Assembly: GCA_963816295.1 (NCBI GenBank)
Contig: CAWFJS010000020.1
Span: 3,646 to 67,645, forward strand
Direction of reading: 5' to 3'
Length of the DNA: 64,000 nt
Source of the DNA: an uncultured Alphaproteobacteria bacterium
GTDB taxonomy: Bacteria > Pseudomonadota > Alphaproteobacteria > Rhizobiales > Xanthobacteraceae
Positions within the stretch are counted from its first letter, which is position 1, and the number at the start of each line of letters is the position of its first letter. This document shows positions 1 through 12,845 of the stretch, one piece after another. Made by a program: the position numbers and the translations under genes. The notes under the pieces are model-generated. The model was not told where the DNA came from. It saw only the letters and a list, made by a program, of their open reading frames with translations, and did no database searches.

Positions 1-259
1 GTGCGATAAAAATCAGAATCGCGAGGTGTCACCCGCCTTGCGTGGCGAACATAAAGGGTGCGGAGCGTCGAATGTCGTTACCTTAACGAATATCGCGAGA
101 ATCGGCGGCCGATGCTTCGCGTCACAGGCGAGGTTCTTCTCGTATTTTGCTGTGCGGCGCCACTGGTGTTGGCGTTTTCGAGTTTCGTCGCTTACGGCCT
201 GCTCTCGCTCACACATTGAACAACAACAGACGCGACGCCGGGACGTTCAGCACGCTTTT

Positions 260-1085
260 TCAATTCCACCGTTGTTGTAGCACTGCAAGCTGCCAACACC
301 GCCGGCGGAAAGCGTCGCGCGAGAAAGCGTCAACGCCACCGTTGCGGTAAGCAGCACTGCTACCGCTCGCCACAAGTTCTTGCGCGCGCGTCGAGAAAAA
401 TGGGTCGCTGGCAATCAAGAGGCCAGAGCCAACTCGTAGCTGATCGACTTTGGTAAAGGCACCAGGGATTTCAGTTTCGTTGCTGGCGTTCACGATGTGT
501 AATTGCAGCCCGAGAGCTTGGGAGGCATCGTTGAGTTCGTTCATGGTAACGTCGGCTAAGACGGGGTTGCTCGGATTGAGAAGAACACCGAAGCTTTTGG
601 CACCGGGTACCAATTCGTGCAGCAATTCCAACCGTTTCGGGCCTACTTCCACGTTCAATGATGTTATGCCCGTGATATTATCCCGCCTGGTAGGTTCAGA
701 CTTGCGACAAGCCCTGCCGCGACAAAATCAGATGCCCGGTTTCGAAAACGATCGGAATTGTTGTGGTCGCAGCCTTCGCTGCGAGCGCTGCGAGAATGCT
801 CCCCGGCGCGACAATCACGTCGACATGGTTGCGCACAAGCTCAGCGGCCAGCGCTGGCAGTCGATCGCTCTCGCTATTGGCCCAACGATATTCGATGAGA
901 ACATTGCGGCCTTCGTCATAACCTACCGAGCTGAGGCCCTCGCGGAACGAGCTGGACGGCCCGCAAATTGCGCAGGCAATTCGATTTCCCAGGTACCCAA
1001 CAACCGGCATCGGCTGTTGCCAGTGCGCTGCAAGCGGCCACGCCGCCGCCCCGCCGATAAGTATAATGAACTTGCGCCGTCGCAT
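260..1085 (-). pseudogene. orphan ABC-type periplasmic substrate-binding protein (PF04392-like), frameshifted and C-terminally truncated
   Basis: ORF 696-1085 gives the family N-terminus MRRRKFIILIGGAAAWPLAAHWQQ..VGYLG; ORF 260-658 continues the mid-domain (KRLELLHELVPGAKSFGVLLNPSNP) in another frame; the C-terminal DLPVQQPTKFELVINLKTAKALG block of the intact paralogs is missing. Confidence 0.7.
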
Positions 1086-1150
1086 CGCTAACCTTCAAAG
1101 CACTGCGCAGGCCAATCGTAACGGCTTAAGCCAGCCCACTGGAAGAGGGC

Positions 1151-1273
1151 GATGTCCGCTATGGGTCATTAGCTGCCACGGCTCGGTCTAAAATGGTGAT
1201 GTCCGCTTTACCCCCGAAAGCTGCCGCGGAAATCACCGACTGGCGTGTCCGCTTTGGGCCATAAGCGGACATT
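1151..1273 (+). repeat. REP/BIME-like array (A-variant, B-variant, C)
   Basis: 1152-1180 GATGTCCGCTATGGGTCATTAGCTGCC; 1198-1228 GATGTCCGCTTTACCCCCGAAAGCTGCCGCGG; 1245-1273 GTGTCCGCTTTGGGCCATAAGCGGACATT; first two units carry GCTGCC(A/G)CGG instead of the GCGGAC right arm. Confidence 0.85.
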
Positions 1274-1559
1274 GGCCATCGTTTGACACCTCGTCGGCGG
1301 CGAATCGAACGCGCCATCGCCAGGAACGGTAAGGGCCTCACAACGCCATTGGCGCTACCCCCGCCTAAAAGTCCCGAAACGATTTAGCGCTTAGCTGCGT
1401 TCTCTCCAGTGCAACAAACGCGCCGCGCTTTCTGTTTCTGTTTCATTTATGTCACGCGCTCGTTAATTCGTTGTCACGCCCGCGCGAGCAAATAGAAACT
1501 TCCCAGCATTGGGCGCATCATGAATGTACGGGGGATGGGGCCGTAGAGAGGGACGGCCG

Positions 1560-1934
1560 ATGGATAACTTTATCCCTAGTGAAAACCCGAGTGGCGTCGA
1601 GCAATTAAAGCGCTCCGCCGTAACCGCCGCGCAAAACGTGGCACGCCTCCGCAGCCAGTTAGAAAACGAGCCGGACGAATTCACGCGCTCCAGGCTGCTC
1701 AAACTGCTGTTGCTTGAGGCGGAAAAGTCTCGTCTGACAAGCCAGCAGTTGGACAGAATAGACTGCCACATGACTGAACTTAGGGAGCTAACCTACAGGC
1801 AAGTCGAATTGGTCGAGAAAGGTAACTTCAAAGGCCAGATCGTCGAGCGGGCGGTAAAATTGCTCGCGACGTTGAACGACCTTATGGCGAACTATCAAAT
1901 GCTTCGACGAAGACTAAGCCCACTCGCTGAATAA
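1560..1934 (+). CDS. hypothetical coiled-coil protein
   Basis: ORF 1524-1934; ATG at 1560 preceded by GAGAGGGA SD-like run; Leu/Glu/Arg heptad-rich, no family recognised. Confidence 0.45.
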   Translation: MDNFIPSENPSGVEQLKRSAVTAAQNVARLRSQLENEPDEFTRSRLLKLLLLEAEKSRLTSQQLDRIDCHMTELRELTYRQVELVEKGNFKGQIVERAVKLLATLNDLMANYQMLRRRLSPLAE

Positions 1935-1978
1935 GTCATTCCACTTCCGACCGGATGCGCTCCTGACAATAGATTGAA

Positions 1979-2737
1979 ATGATGATGCAAGGAATGGTCG
2001 CCATGGCCGACTATCATTCTCTCATCAGTCGAGCCGTTGCAGCTCTAGAGACAAATACTTTTGAAGCCCGGCGCGCCATCTATAATTACGCACGCGCGGC
2101 CCAGTCTGAGCAGCTTCACAATCGTCCATTTAACAAAAAAGATTTCGACCATGAGCGTCTGATGTTGGAGGACGCCATTAGCCGCGTTGAGATTGAGGTC
2201 ACCGGCGGGCGGATAGCTACCGGACCGTCTCCCGGCACGCGAGTGCGACCAAGCAATATCGCCACGTCACTTCCACCAGTTGATGAAGACAAGACAAGGA
2301 AGGGGGCGACGGTAATCGCCCAAGCGATTAGGAAGACTATAAGTGCCTTACAAAAATGTTTGCTCCTAGTTCGGAGATTCTGCCTCTTGGGACACACAAT
2401 TTGGCAGGTCCTCTTCCGGCGCGGAGAAGGATTTGCAGAGCCATGCGCTTGTGCGGTGAAGCATCCAGCTATAAGCGACTTTCACACCATCGTGGCCAAG
2501 GCGGGCGTGGACGTCACATTCAAGCCGACGAACAGCACTTATATTTATAGGCTCACCGACACCAACGACATTGCGCGTCTGGTTGTCTCGCTTGCGGGTG
2601 TCGAACATGCGGGACGCGATACTGGGGATTACCCTGCGGACGAAGTTCAAGATATTGCGCAGCAAATTGCGACAGAACACGCGTTGGTCCATTTTGGTCG
2701 GTTTCCTGACGAGACTGCTAGCACTCATGCGGTATGA
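1979..2737 (+). CDS. hypothetical protein
   Basis: 252-aa ORF; N-terminal DYHSLISRAVAALETNTFEARRAIYNYARAA resembles a module I recall from alphaproteobacterial hypothetical proteins (memory only). Confidence 0.5.
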   Translation: MMMQGMVAMADYHSLISRAVAALETNTFEARRAIYNYARAAQSEQLHNRPFNKKDFDHERLMLEDAISRVEIEVTGGRIATGPSPGTRVRPSNIATSLPPVDEDKTRKGATVIAQAIRKTISALQKCLLLVRRFCLLGHTIWQVLFRRGEGFAEPCACAVKHPAISDFHTIVAKAGVDVTFKPTNSTYIYRLTDTNDIARLVVSLAGVEHAGRDTGDYPADEVQDIAQQIATEHALVHFGRFPDETASTHAV

Positions 2738-2801
2738 GGCGAGGCTTATCGCGGCGAATTCGCCAACCTGCCGGAGCTACTTACGCGCCGTTGAGGCCGC
2801 T

Positions 2802-2889
2802 GTGTCCGCTTTACCCCCAATAGCGGACATGGTTCAGCACCATCCTGATGTCCGCTTTGGGCCATAAGCGGACTCATGCAGTGCAGCAA
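2802..2889 (+). repeat. REP/BIME-like array (B, C with tail)
   Basis: 2802-2830 GTGTCCGCTTTACCCCCAATAGCGGACAT; 2847-2873 GATGTCCGCTTTGGGCCATAAGCGGAC followed by tail TCATGCAGTGCAGCAA. Confidence 0.9.
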
Positions 2890-2986
2890 ATTCCGGGGCT
2901 GGCGATGATCCGGCGGTCTTGGCCGCTCCGATTAGCTTAATCCCTTCGTCGCTCACTTACGCGGCCGATCTGGATGAAGATGCATC

Positions 2987-3105
2987 ATGTCCGCTTAGGG
3001 TCAAAAGCGGACGTGACGTTCTTAAATTTCGATGTCCGCTTTGCCCCCCGAAAGCAGACATTCGTTAGAGCGTCAGGCATGTCTGCTTTGTGCCAAAAGG
3101 AGACA
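2987..3105 (+). repeat. REP/BIME-like array (A, B, C)
   Basis: A 2987-3013 ATGTCCGCTTAGGGTCAAAAGCGGACG; B 3031-3062 GATGTCCGCTTTGCCCCCCGAAAGCAGACATT; C 3079-3105 ATGTCTGCTTTGTGCCAAAAGGAGAC; lies between convergent genes. Confidence 0.9.
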
Positions 3106-3108
3106 AAA

Positions 3109-3606
3109 CTACCGCGTGCGGCTTGTTGAAAAATGCCATAGCGCGGCGAAAAGAAGCAGAAATGATATTACGGCTGAGATCAGGCAGTAGGTGCATATCG
3201 CTGCAATCAGACCAAGTTGAAGATAGATGAAGTACGCAGAAGAAACGGCACCTAAAGCGGCGTAAAGAACTACGCGGAAGCGCACGCTGCGTGCGGCTGG
3301 CTCATATGCGAGGCGTGCCGCTAATCCAAACATAAACAAGTAATATACGAAGCCGAAGTATGACATCGGCATTCCGAAAACACGCGAATACGGGCTATTG
3401 ATGACGGTGTTGCATCCATCAAGAATGGGACACCACAGTTGTGCACCGGCGTAGTTTCCATGAGCAACATACGCTGCGTCAGCGATGCCGATGATGGTGA
3501 GTATGAGCATCGTATACACGGGTAATGGGATTTTCTTTGTGCCCGGTGCTTGAACCGCGTTTTCCGCCATCGGATATTCCATCGCAGTTCGCCTCCACTG
3601 AGACAT
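3109..3606 (-). CDS. vitamin K epoxide reductase (VKOR) family membrane protein
   Basis: Four hydrophobic helices, loop cysteines CPILDGC and active-site-like CTYC in the last helix; true start may be an internal Met (MEYPMAEN). Confidence 0.75.
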   Translation of the reverse strand: MSQWRRTAMEYPMAENAVQAPGTKKIPLPVYTMLILTIIGIADAAYVAHGNYAGAQLWCPILDGCNTVINSPYSRVFGMPMSYFGFVYYLFMFGLAARLAYEPAARSVRFRVVLYAALGAVSSAYFIYLQLGLIAAICTYCLISAVISFLLLFAALWHFSTSRTR

Positions 3607-3680
3607 CTATAAATTATTTTAAAACCGGTTGCCGTACTCGACTTTGACCTGCCTCAATAGCAAAAGCCACTACTTAATGA

Positions 3681-3797
3681 ATGTCCGCTTTGGGTCAAAA
3701 GCGGACGTGACGCTCTGAAATCGTGATGTCCGCTTTGCCCCCGAAAGCAGACATTCGCCGACGCGTCAGGATGTCCGCTTTGTGCCAATAGCGGAAG
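3681..3797 (+). repeat. REP/BIME-like array (A, B, C)
   Basis: A 3681-3708 ATGTCCGCTTTGGGTCAAAAGCGGACGT; B 3725-3755 GATGTCCGCTTTGCCCCCGAAAGCAGACATT; C 3771-3797 ATGTCCGCTTTGTGCCAATAGCGGAAG. Confidence 0.9.
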
Positions 3798-3805
3798 TCA
3801 CTAGC

Positions 3806-4798
3806 CTATTGGATCACCTCATCAGCGGTCATTTGCAACGTCAGCGGCAACTCGAGGCCGAGTGCCTTGGCCGTCTTGAGGTTGATGACGAATTGGAATT
3901 TCGTCGGCTGCTGTACAGGAAGGTCAGATGGTCTTTCGCCTTTGAGAATGCGGTCTACGTAGGAGGCAGCACGTTTGAATTGGTCGATGCGGTCAACACC
4001 ATAAGAGATCAGCCCTCCGTCTTGAGCAAACGGAAGCCCATATAACGCGGGCAACCGATACGTAGCGGCCAAATCGATAATTAATCTGCTAACTGGCGGA
4101 TCCGACACAAAGTTATCGCCAGCCACTACAAGTGCACCATGAGGTCGGGCTGCCATCGATTTAATCACGCCCTCGATTTCATTCTGGTCTCTAATAGGCG
4201 CCGAAATTGGCTCGATGGCTAACGTCGGTGCCACATCGTTTAACATTCGATACCAGATAGGCGATGCGGCATTGCCAATATGGATCATCAAAGCTGCCCG
4301 CGTAAGCCCTGGTACAGCCTCTTTGAGGATTTGCAACCACTTGCCCACCAACGATTGTTCGAGGTTGCCGAAACCAGTGAGATTTCCGGTCGGACGCGCC
4401 AGGTTGTCGACAACCCCCTGTGCGATTGGGTCGGACACGTTTGCGAATACAATAGGTATAGTGCGCGTTTGTTTCTGCAACGCGATCACGACGTTCGATG
4501 GAGCAGCAAAAATCACGTCAGGCTGCTGACGCACCAAATCTTGAGCCTGAACGGTGTTGTCTTCCGCATTAACGCCGCTCCAACGAACGTCGAAGCGTAG
4601 GTTACGATTTTCCGTCCAACCGAGCGCCTTGAACGATTCTATGAACGCGTCCAATAGACGCCGCATCTCTGGATTGTCCGTGCTACCTAGTAGGATACCG
4701 ACGGTGCGAAGCCGATCCGTCTGCTGCGCGCCCGCAATGATCGGCCACACAATCGCACCACCGCCGCCTAGAAACGTGATGAACTCGCGCCGCCTCAC
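3806..4798 (-). CDS. orphan ABC-type periplasmic substrate-binding protein (PF04392-like)
   Basis: MRRREFITFLGG leader, ..RPTGNLTGF.., C-terminal GGLISYGVD..ILKGERPSDLPVQQPTKFQFVINLKTAKALGLELP; GTG start overlaps the upstream stop (GTGA). Confidence 0.85.
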   Translation of the reverse strand: MRRREFITFLGGGGAIVWPIIAGAQQTDRLRTVGILLGSTDNPEMRRLLDAFIESFKALGWTENRNLRFDVRWSGVNAEDNTVQAQDLVRQQPDVIFAAPSNVVIALQKQTRTIPIVFANVSDPIAQGVVDNLARPTGNLTGFGNLEQSLVGKWLQILKEAVPGLTRAALMIHIGNAASPIWYRMLNDVAPTLAIEPISAPIRDQNEIEGVIKSMAARPHGALVVAGDNFVSDPPVSRLIIDLAATYRLPALYGLPFAQDGGLISYGVDRIDQFKRAASYVDRILKGERPSDLPVQQPTKFQFVINLKTAKALGLELPLTLQMTADEVIQ

Positions 4799-5778
4799 TC
4801 GATCACCTTGTCAGCGCGCGCAACCAGCGTTTGCGGCACTGTAATACCGAGTGCCTTCGCGGTTTTCAGATTAATCGCCAATTCATATTTGTTTGGCGTT
4901 TGCACCGGCAGGTCAGCAGGCTTCTCGCCCTTAAAAATGCGGTCGATGTATTCCGCGGCCCGGAGGTACTGGTCACGGATGTCCGACCCATAAGAGATCA
5001 AGCCGCCAGCAGCGGTGAAATACGAGTTGGCATAAATAGCGGGCACGCGGTGCTCTGCCGCCAAGGCGATGATCCGGTCGCGACTTTTGATCGAAGTTCC
5101 GCTCGGCGTCACGATCAGTCCGCCGTAGGGCTGGCTCGCAAACTGCACAAGCGCGGTTTCGATCCTGCCAATATCGCGCGCATCGATGGAGCTGATATCG
5201 ACGGCACGCGACGCCGCGACGGCCTGAATGGCCGCCAGCTCGGCGACCCCAGAAAACTGATCGGGATCGCGAATGACGGCGGCGCGCGTCACATCGGGCG
5301 CGATCTCCTTAAGAAGCTCAAGCCATTTGCCAGTAATAGCAAAATCGAATTGGGTAAATCCGGTGGTGTTACTGCCTGGCTTCGACAGGCTTGCCACCAG
5401 GCCACGGTCGACCGGATCGGTAGTTTCGACAAACACGATGGGAATTTCGTGTGTCGCACGTTGCAATGCACCGGTTACGGTGCCGCCGGGAGCGAGCAGC
5501 ACGTCCGGTGCAAGTTTGACGAGTTCTGCAGCGTAGGTGCGATAAAGCTCGCCGCTGCCCGCGCCCCAGCGGGATTCAATTTTTAGATTTCGGTCCTGGG
5601 TCCAGCCGCGGGCGTTCAATGCAGCGACCAAAATAGAAACTTCATTTCGTCCCTCTGGATCGTCGTTGCGCTTGTTCGAGAGAATGCCAATAAGCCGCAC
5701 GCGCTCTGTTTGCCCACGCGCTACCAGCGGCCACGCGGTGGCGCTGGCAATTCCTTTGACGAAATCGCGGCGTCGCAT
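4795..5778 (-). CDS. orphan ABC-type periplasmic substrate-binding protein (PF04392-like)
   Basis: Start taken at MRRRDFVKG (ATG 5778); ..KPGSNTTGF.., GGLISYGSD..IFKGEKPADLPVQTPNKYELAINLKTAKALGITVP. Confidence 0.85.
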   Translation of the reverse strand: MRRRDFVKGIASATAWPLVARGQTERVRLIGILSNKRNDDPEGRNEVSILVAALNARGWTQDRNLKIESRWGAGSGELYRTYAAELVKLAPDVLLAPGGTVTGALQRATHEIPIVFVETTDPVDRGLVASLSKPGSNTTGFTQFDFAITGKWLELLKEIAPDVTRAAVIRDPDQFSGVAELAAIQAVAASRAVDISSIDARDIGRIETALVQFASQPYGGLIVTPSGTSIKSRDRIIALAAEHRVPAIYANSYFTAAGGLISYGSDIRDQYLRAAEYIDRIFKGEKPADLPVQTPNKYELAINLKTAKALGITVPQTLVARADKVIE

Positions 5779-5819
5779 TGCCTTCCCCAAGGCTAAGGAC
5801 CACGCCAAGAACACCGCCA

Positions 5820-5918
5820 ATTACAGCAGGGATTTGCGACACGCGAAACAGGGGTTAGGGGTCAGTTTGCACGGCAATTTCGAGCTGCAAATGTCTGCTT
5901 TGGGTCAAAAGCAGACAT
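5820..5918 (+). repeat. composite repeat: ~70-nt conserved segment plus REP unit A
   Basis: ATTACAGCAGGGATTTGCGAC..GGGGT.AGTTTGCAC.GCA.. then A unit 5891-5918 ATGTCTGCTTTGGGTCAAAAGCAGACAT; near-identical composite at 57343-57445. Confidence 0.8.
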
Positions 5919-5926
5919 CGACCTGC

Positions 5927-6919
5927 TCATTCGACCAGGTCGTCAGCAATCGAAAGTATGCCGGGCGGAATTGTGAGCCCGAGCGCCTTAGCGGTCGTTA
6001 GATTAATAACGAGCTCGAATTTCGCTGGCTGCTGGACTGGAAGATCTGACGGGCGCGCACCCTTGAGAATTTGATCCACGTAACCCGCAGTGCGCCGGAA
6101 GAGGTCCATTTCATCTGGGCCATAGGAGATAAGACCGCCGTCCGTCGCGAAATAGCGAAAATAGTAAACTGCCGGTAGCCGGTACTGTGCGGTGAGTTCG
6201 ATAATCCGCCTGCGATGAACAATATTGTGACTATCCGGCAAAACGAAGAGGCCACTGTCCGGTTCGCCGCCGACCTTGCGAATGACATTCTCAATGTCGG
6301 CTTCGCTATGCACCTGGATTGGGATCGATTCTATCCCCAGCAAAGACGTGCCTGCATCAATCGATTGCAAATACAGCCCGTAATAGGGCGCGGTGTCGGG
6401 GTTGAAGATCGCGGTGACTCGCCGAACACCGGGTACGATCTGCTTGAGAATCTCAAGCCATTTGGTGCCAAGTGAAACCTCAAACACCGAGAAACCGGTG
6501 ATATTTCCACCGGGATGCGAGAGACTTGGGACTAAACCCTGACCCAATGGATCTGTAACTGTGAGGAAAACAATCGGTATCGTTTGGGTCTGCTTTAGAA
6601 GCCCCTTGGCGGAAGGAGTGGAGTGACCGACGCGAACATCGGGTTGTAGGTCGACTAGCTCTTTGGCGAGGTCTTGAATTCGATCTGGGTTGCCATTGCC
6701 CCAGCGATAATCGATGCGAATATTGTTGCCATCCTTCCAGCCGAGCTTTTGAAGGCTTTCCTGCAAGATGCTGATCCCCTTGCGAGCATCAGCATCGCTT
6801 TCAGCGACCGCCATTAAGACGCCAAGCCGCTGCATCCGCTCGGTTTGCTGCGCCCAAGCTGTGACGGGCCAAGCGACTGCCGCACCACCGACTAGCGCGA
6901 TGAATTCTCGTCGCCTCAT
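5927..6919 (-). CDS. orphan ABC-type periplasmic substrate-binding protein (PF04392-like)
   Basis: Start taken at MRRREFIALVGG (ATG 6919); ..HPGGNITGF.., GGLISYGPD..ILKGARPSDLPVQQPAKFELVINLTTAKALGLTIP. Confidence 0.85.
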   Translation of the reverse strand: MRRREFIALVGGAAVAWPVTAWAQQTERMQRLGVLMAVAESDADARKGISILQESLQKLGWKDGNNIRIDYRWGNGNPDRIQDLAKELVDLQPDVRVGHSTPSAKGLLKQTQTIPIVFLTVTDPLGQGLVPSLSHPGGNITGFSVFEVSLGTKWLEILKQIVPGVRRVTAIFNPDTAPYYGLYLQSIDAGTSLLGIESIPIQVHSEADIENVIRKVGGEPDSGLFVLPDSHNIVHRRRIIELTAQYRLPAVYYFRYFATDGGLISYGPDEMDLFRRTAGYVDQILKGARPSDLPVQQPAKFELVINLTTAKALGLTIPPGILSIADDLVE

Positions 6920-6995
6920 ATGCCTGCCCCTAGCTCGGAACTGGCATCGTACCGTCAAACCGGCACAGTGGAAGTGGGCAGGCGGTCGCTGGCCA

Positions 6996-7129
6996 ATGTC
7001 CGCTTCGGGTCAAAAGCAGACATCGAGATTGGCGTCCATTGATGTCCGCTTTACCCCCAAAAGCGGACATTGTCGGGCGACGCTTGCATGTCCGCTTTGT
7101 TGCCATTACCGGACTCATGCACCGCAACA
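6996..7129 (+). repeat. REP/BIME-like array (A, B, C with tail)
   Basis: A 6996-7023; B 7041-7071 GATGTCCGCTTTACCCCCAAAAGCGGACATT; C 7088-7129 ATGTCCGCTTTGTTGCCATTACCGGACTCATGCACCGCAACAA. Confidence 0.9.
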
Positions 7130-7142
7130 ATCGATGTGTGGC

Positions 7143-7511
7143 CTATTCGGGCAGGTACTGACGGATTTTCGCCAAGAGTTCACGCGGGCTGAAGGGCTTC
7201 GGCACATAGTCATCACAGCCCGCCGCCCGCGCCTTCTTTTCCTCGCCGCTGAGGGCGTAAGAGGTGACGGCGATGATCGGGATCGAGCGCAACGCCGGAT
7301 CGGCTTTAATCCGGCGTGTGGCGGCGTAACCGTCCATAATCGGCATCTGGATATCCATCAGGATAAGATCAGGCCGCTGTTTCGCGATAGCTGCCAGTGC
7401 CTGCTCACCATTTTCGGCCGCGGTGATCTCATAGTCTGTGGGGGCAAGCATATCGTGAATGATCTGGCGACTATCCGGCTGGTCCTCGACCACCAAAATG
7501 CGCTTGCTCAT
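7143..7511 (-). CDS. single-domain response regulator (CheY-like receiver)
   Basis: ILVVEDQPDSRQ..DLILMDIQMPIMDG..IIAVTSYA..DDYVPKPF receiver signature; 25 nt downstream of the kinase stop. Confidence 0.9.
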   Translation of the reverse strand: MSKRILVVEDQPDSRQIIHDMLAPTDYEITAAENGEQALAAIAKQRPDLILMDIQMPIMDGYAATRRIKADPALRSIPIIAVTSYALSGEEKKARAAGCDDYVPKPFSPRELLAKIRQYLPE

Positions 7512-7536
7512 GCTGCTTCAACCTGCCGCTCAACGA

Positions 7537-11023
<3,487 letters not shown>

Positions 11024-11075
11024 AAGACCACGCTAAAATCCATTAAAGCCTAGCACGCTGAGGCCGCTCACGTGA

Positions 11076-11182
11076 ATGTCCGCTTTGGGTCAAAAGCGGA
11101 CATGGCGGCACATTCTAGTGATGTCCGCTTTACCCCCAAAAGCGGACATTCGCGCACGCGATCAGGATGTCTGCTTTGGGCC
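11076..11182 (+). repeat. REP/BIME-like array (A, B, left half of C)
   Basis: A 11076-11103; B 11120-11150; C left half 11166-11182 GATGTCTGCTTTGGGCC ends at the IS junction. Confidence 0.9.
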
Positions 11183-12761
11183 GATTTTGTTGCAGAAATC
11201 TGTTGAAGGTTGTTGGGGTCGGTGATTCCGTCGCTGTGATGTGATTCGCGACGGGAGCGAGCGATGATGGGGCGGCTCAATCGAGATCAGGAACAGCTTT
11301 TCTATTCATTTCGTCTCGATGAAGCGGTGCCGAACGATCACCCGGTTCGCGAGGTTGCCGCTGTTCTCGATCTGAGTTGGGTGCATTCCGAGTTAGTACC
11401 TTATTATCCTCGGCTCGGCCGGCCATCGATCGATCCGGTGCTGATGATCCGGATGCTCATCATCGGCTATGTGTTCGGCATCCGCTCGGAGCGGGCGCTG
11501 TGCCGTGAGGTGGGAGTGAACCTGGCCTATCGCTGGTTTTGCGGGCTCTCGATTGAGGACAAGATCCCGGATCACTCAGCGTTTTCGCGGGCCCGCAATG
11601 AACGTTTTCGCGATAGCGGCATTTTCCGCAGCGTATTCGAGCGTGTTGTGGGCGTGTGCGTCGGGGCTGGCCTGGTCGGCGGTGAGGGCTTCGCGGTGGA
11701 TGCCAGTCTGATTGTTGCGGACGCCAATAAGGAGCGATCAATCCGTGGCTCACGGTGGAACAGAGAGCTTGATGCAGAGGCGGTAAGCCGCGCGACCAAG
11801 GAGTATCTCGCCACGCTTGATGACGCGGCATTTGGGGCGGCCAGCGATGTGGCGCCCAAGTTCGTCTCGCCCTCCGATCCCGCCGCCCAATGGACGGGAG
11901 CCCAGCGCGGACCGGCGTTCTTTGCCTATTCTGACAATTATCTAATTGACGTGAAGTTCGGCATCATCATGGACGTCGAGGCGTCGCGCGCCATCCGCCA
12001 GGCCGAAGTTGGCGCCGCCAAGACCATGATCGAACGCACCGAGCAGCGCTTCGCCATCAAGCCCGAACGGCTCGCGGGCGATACGGCTTACGGTTCTGGA
12101 GCCAACCTCGACTGGCTGGTCAACGAGGCAAAGATAGCGCCGCACATCCCGGTGGTCGACAAATCGAGGCGAGAAGACGGAACGTTCAGTCGGGAAGACT
12201 TCACATTCGACAAGGAGCGGAACGTTTACATCTGTCCGGCCGGCAAGGTTCTCACCACGACTGGCAAGGTGGCCAACGATGGGGAGACACTGTATTACCG
12301 GGCCAGGATACGCGATTGCCGCAGCTGCCCGCTCAAGTCACAGTGCTGTCCGAAGGTGCCGTTGCGCAGAATTCCGCGCAGCATCTACGAGGAGGCCCGT
12401 GACGTAGCCCGGGCGCTGGCCAAGACCGAAGCATTCGAACGATCGCGCCGCGATCGCAAGCGTGTTGAGATGCTGTTTGCGCACCTCAAACGTATCTTTC
12501 GGCTTGGTCGTCTGCGGCTGCGTGGGCCATGCGGTGCCCAGTTCGAGTTCACGCTAGCAGCAATCGCGCAGAACCTCCGACGGCTCGCTAAGCTCGTGGT
12601 GCGAGCGCCGCCACCGATCGTAGCGGCATGTTTTGCGTAAGTAGCGCGGCGTTTGCGGCACAGAAGCCGAGCCGCCAGTTTCCTATAGAGCGGATGGCGA
12701 GGATCGCTAAATTCGTGTCAGCCGCCACACGCCGGTCATCGCCGACTTCCGCAACAAAATC
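11183..12761 (+). mobile_element. IS1182-type (IS5-related) insertion sequence, apparently intact
   Basis: Terminal inverted repeats GATTTTGTTGCAGAAATC (11183-11200) and GACTTCCGCAACAAAATC (12744-12761), 16 of 18 matching; flanked by direct GGCC (11179-11182 and 12762-12765); single 458-aa transposase ORF. Confidence 0.85.
11264..12640 (+). CDS. IS1182/IS5-family DDE transposase
   Basis: N-terminal DUF772-like block GRPSIDPVLMIRMLIIGYVFGIRSERALCREV..NLAYRWFCGL..IPDHSAFSRAR and C-terminal ..VEMLFAHLKRIFRLGRLRLRG. Confidence 0.9.
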   Translation: MMGRLNRDQEQLFYSFRLDEAVPNDHPVREVAAVLDLSWVHSELVPYYPRLGRPSIDPVLMIRMLIIGYVFGIRSERALCREVGVNLAYRWFCGLSIEDKIPDHSAFSRARNERFRDSGIFRSVFERVVGVCVGAGLVGGEGFAVDASLIVADANKERSIRGSRWNRELDAEAVSRATKEYLATLDDAAFGAASDVAPKFVSPSDPAAQWTGAQRGPAFFAYSDNYLIDVKFGIIMDVEASRAIRQAEVGAAKTMIERTEQRFAIKPERLAGDTAYGSGANLDWLVNEAKIAPHIPVVDKSRREDGTFSREDFTFDKERNVYICPAGKVLTTTGKVANDGETLYYRARIRDCRSCPLKSQCCPKVPLRRIPRSIYEEARDVARALAKTEAFERSRRDRKRVEMLFAHLKRIFRLGRLRLRGPCGAQFEFTLAAIAQNLRRLAKLVVRAPPPIVAACFA

Positions 12762-12791
12762 GGCCACAAGCGGACTCATGCACTGCAGCAA
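12762..12791 (+). repeat. right half of the IS-split C-class REP unit with tail
   Basis: GGCCACAAGCGGACTCATGCACTGCAGCAA; matches the right half of the intact unit at 2858-2889. Confidence 0.85.
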
Positions 12792-12845
12792 AGTCGGGGG
12801 CCCCAATGGCAATCATCCTCGTGCCACTGCGAACCGGAAGTGCCT

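Noticed and set aside
3806-6919. Three tandem binding-protein genes as an ABC transporter operon
   Set aside because: All three are paralogs of the same periplasmic component. No permease or ATPase gene lies in or near the cluster.
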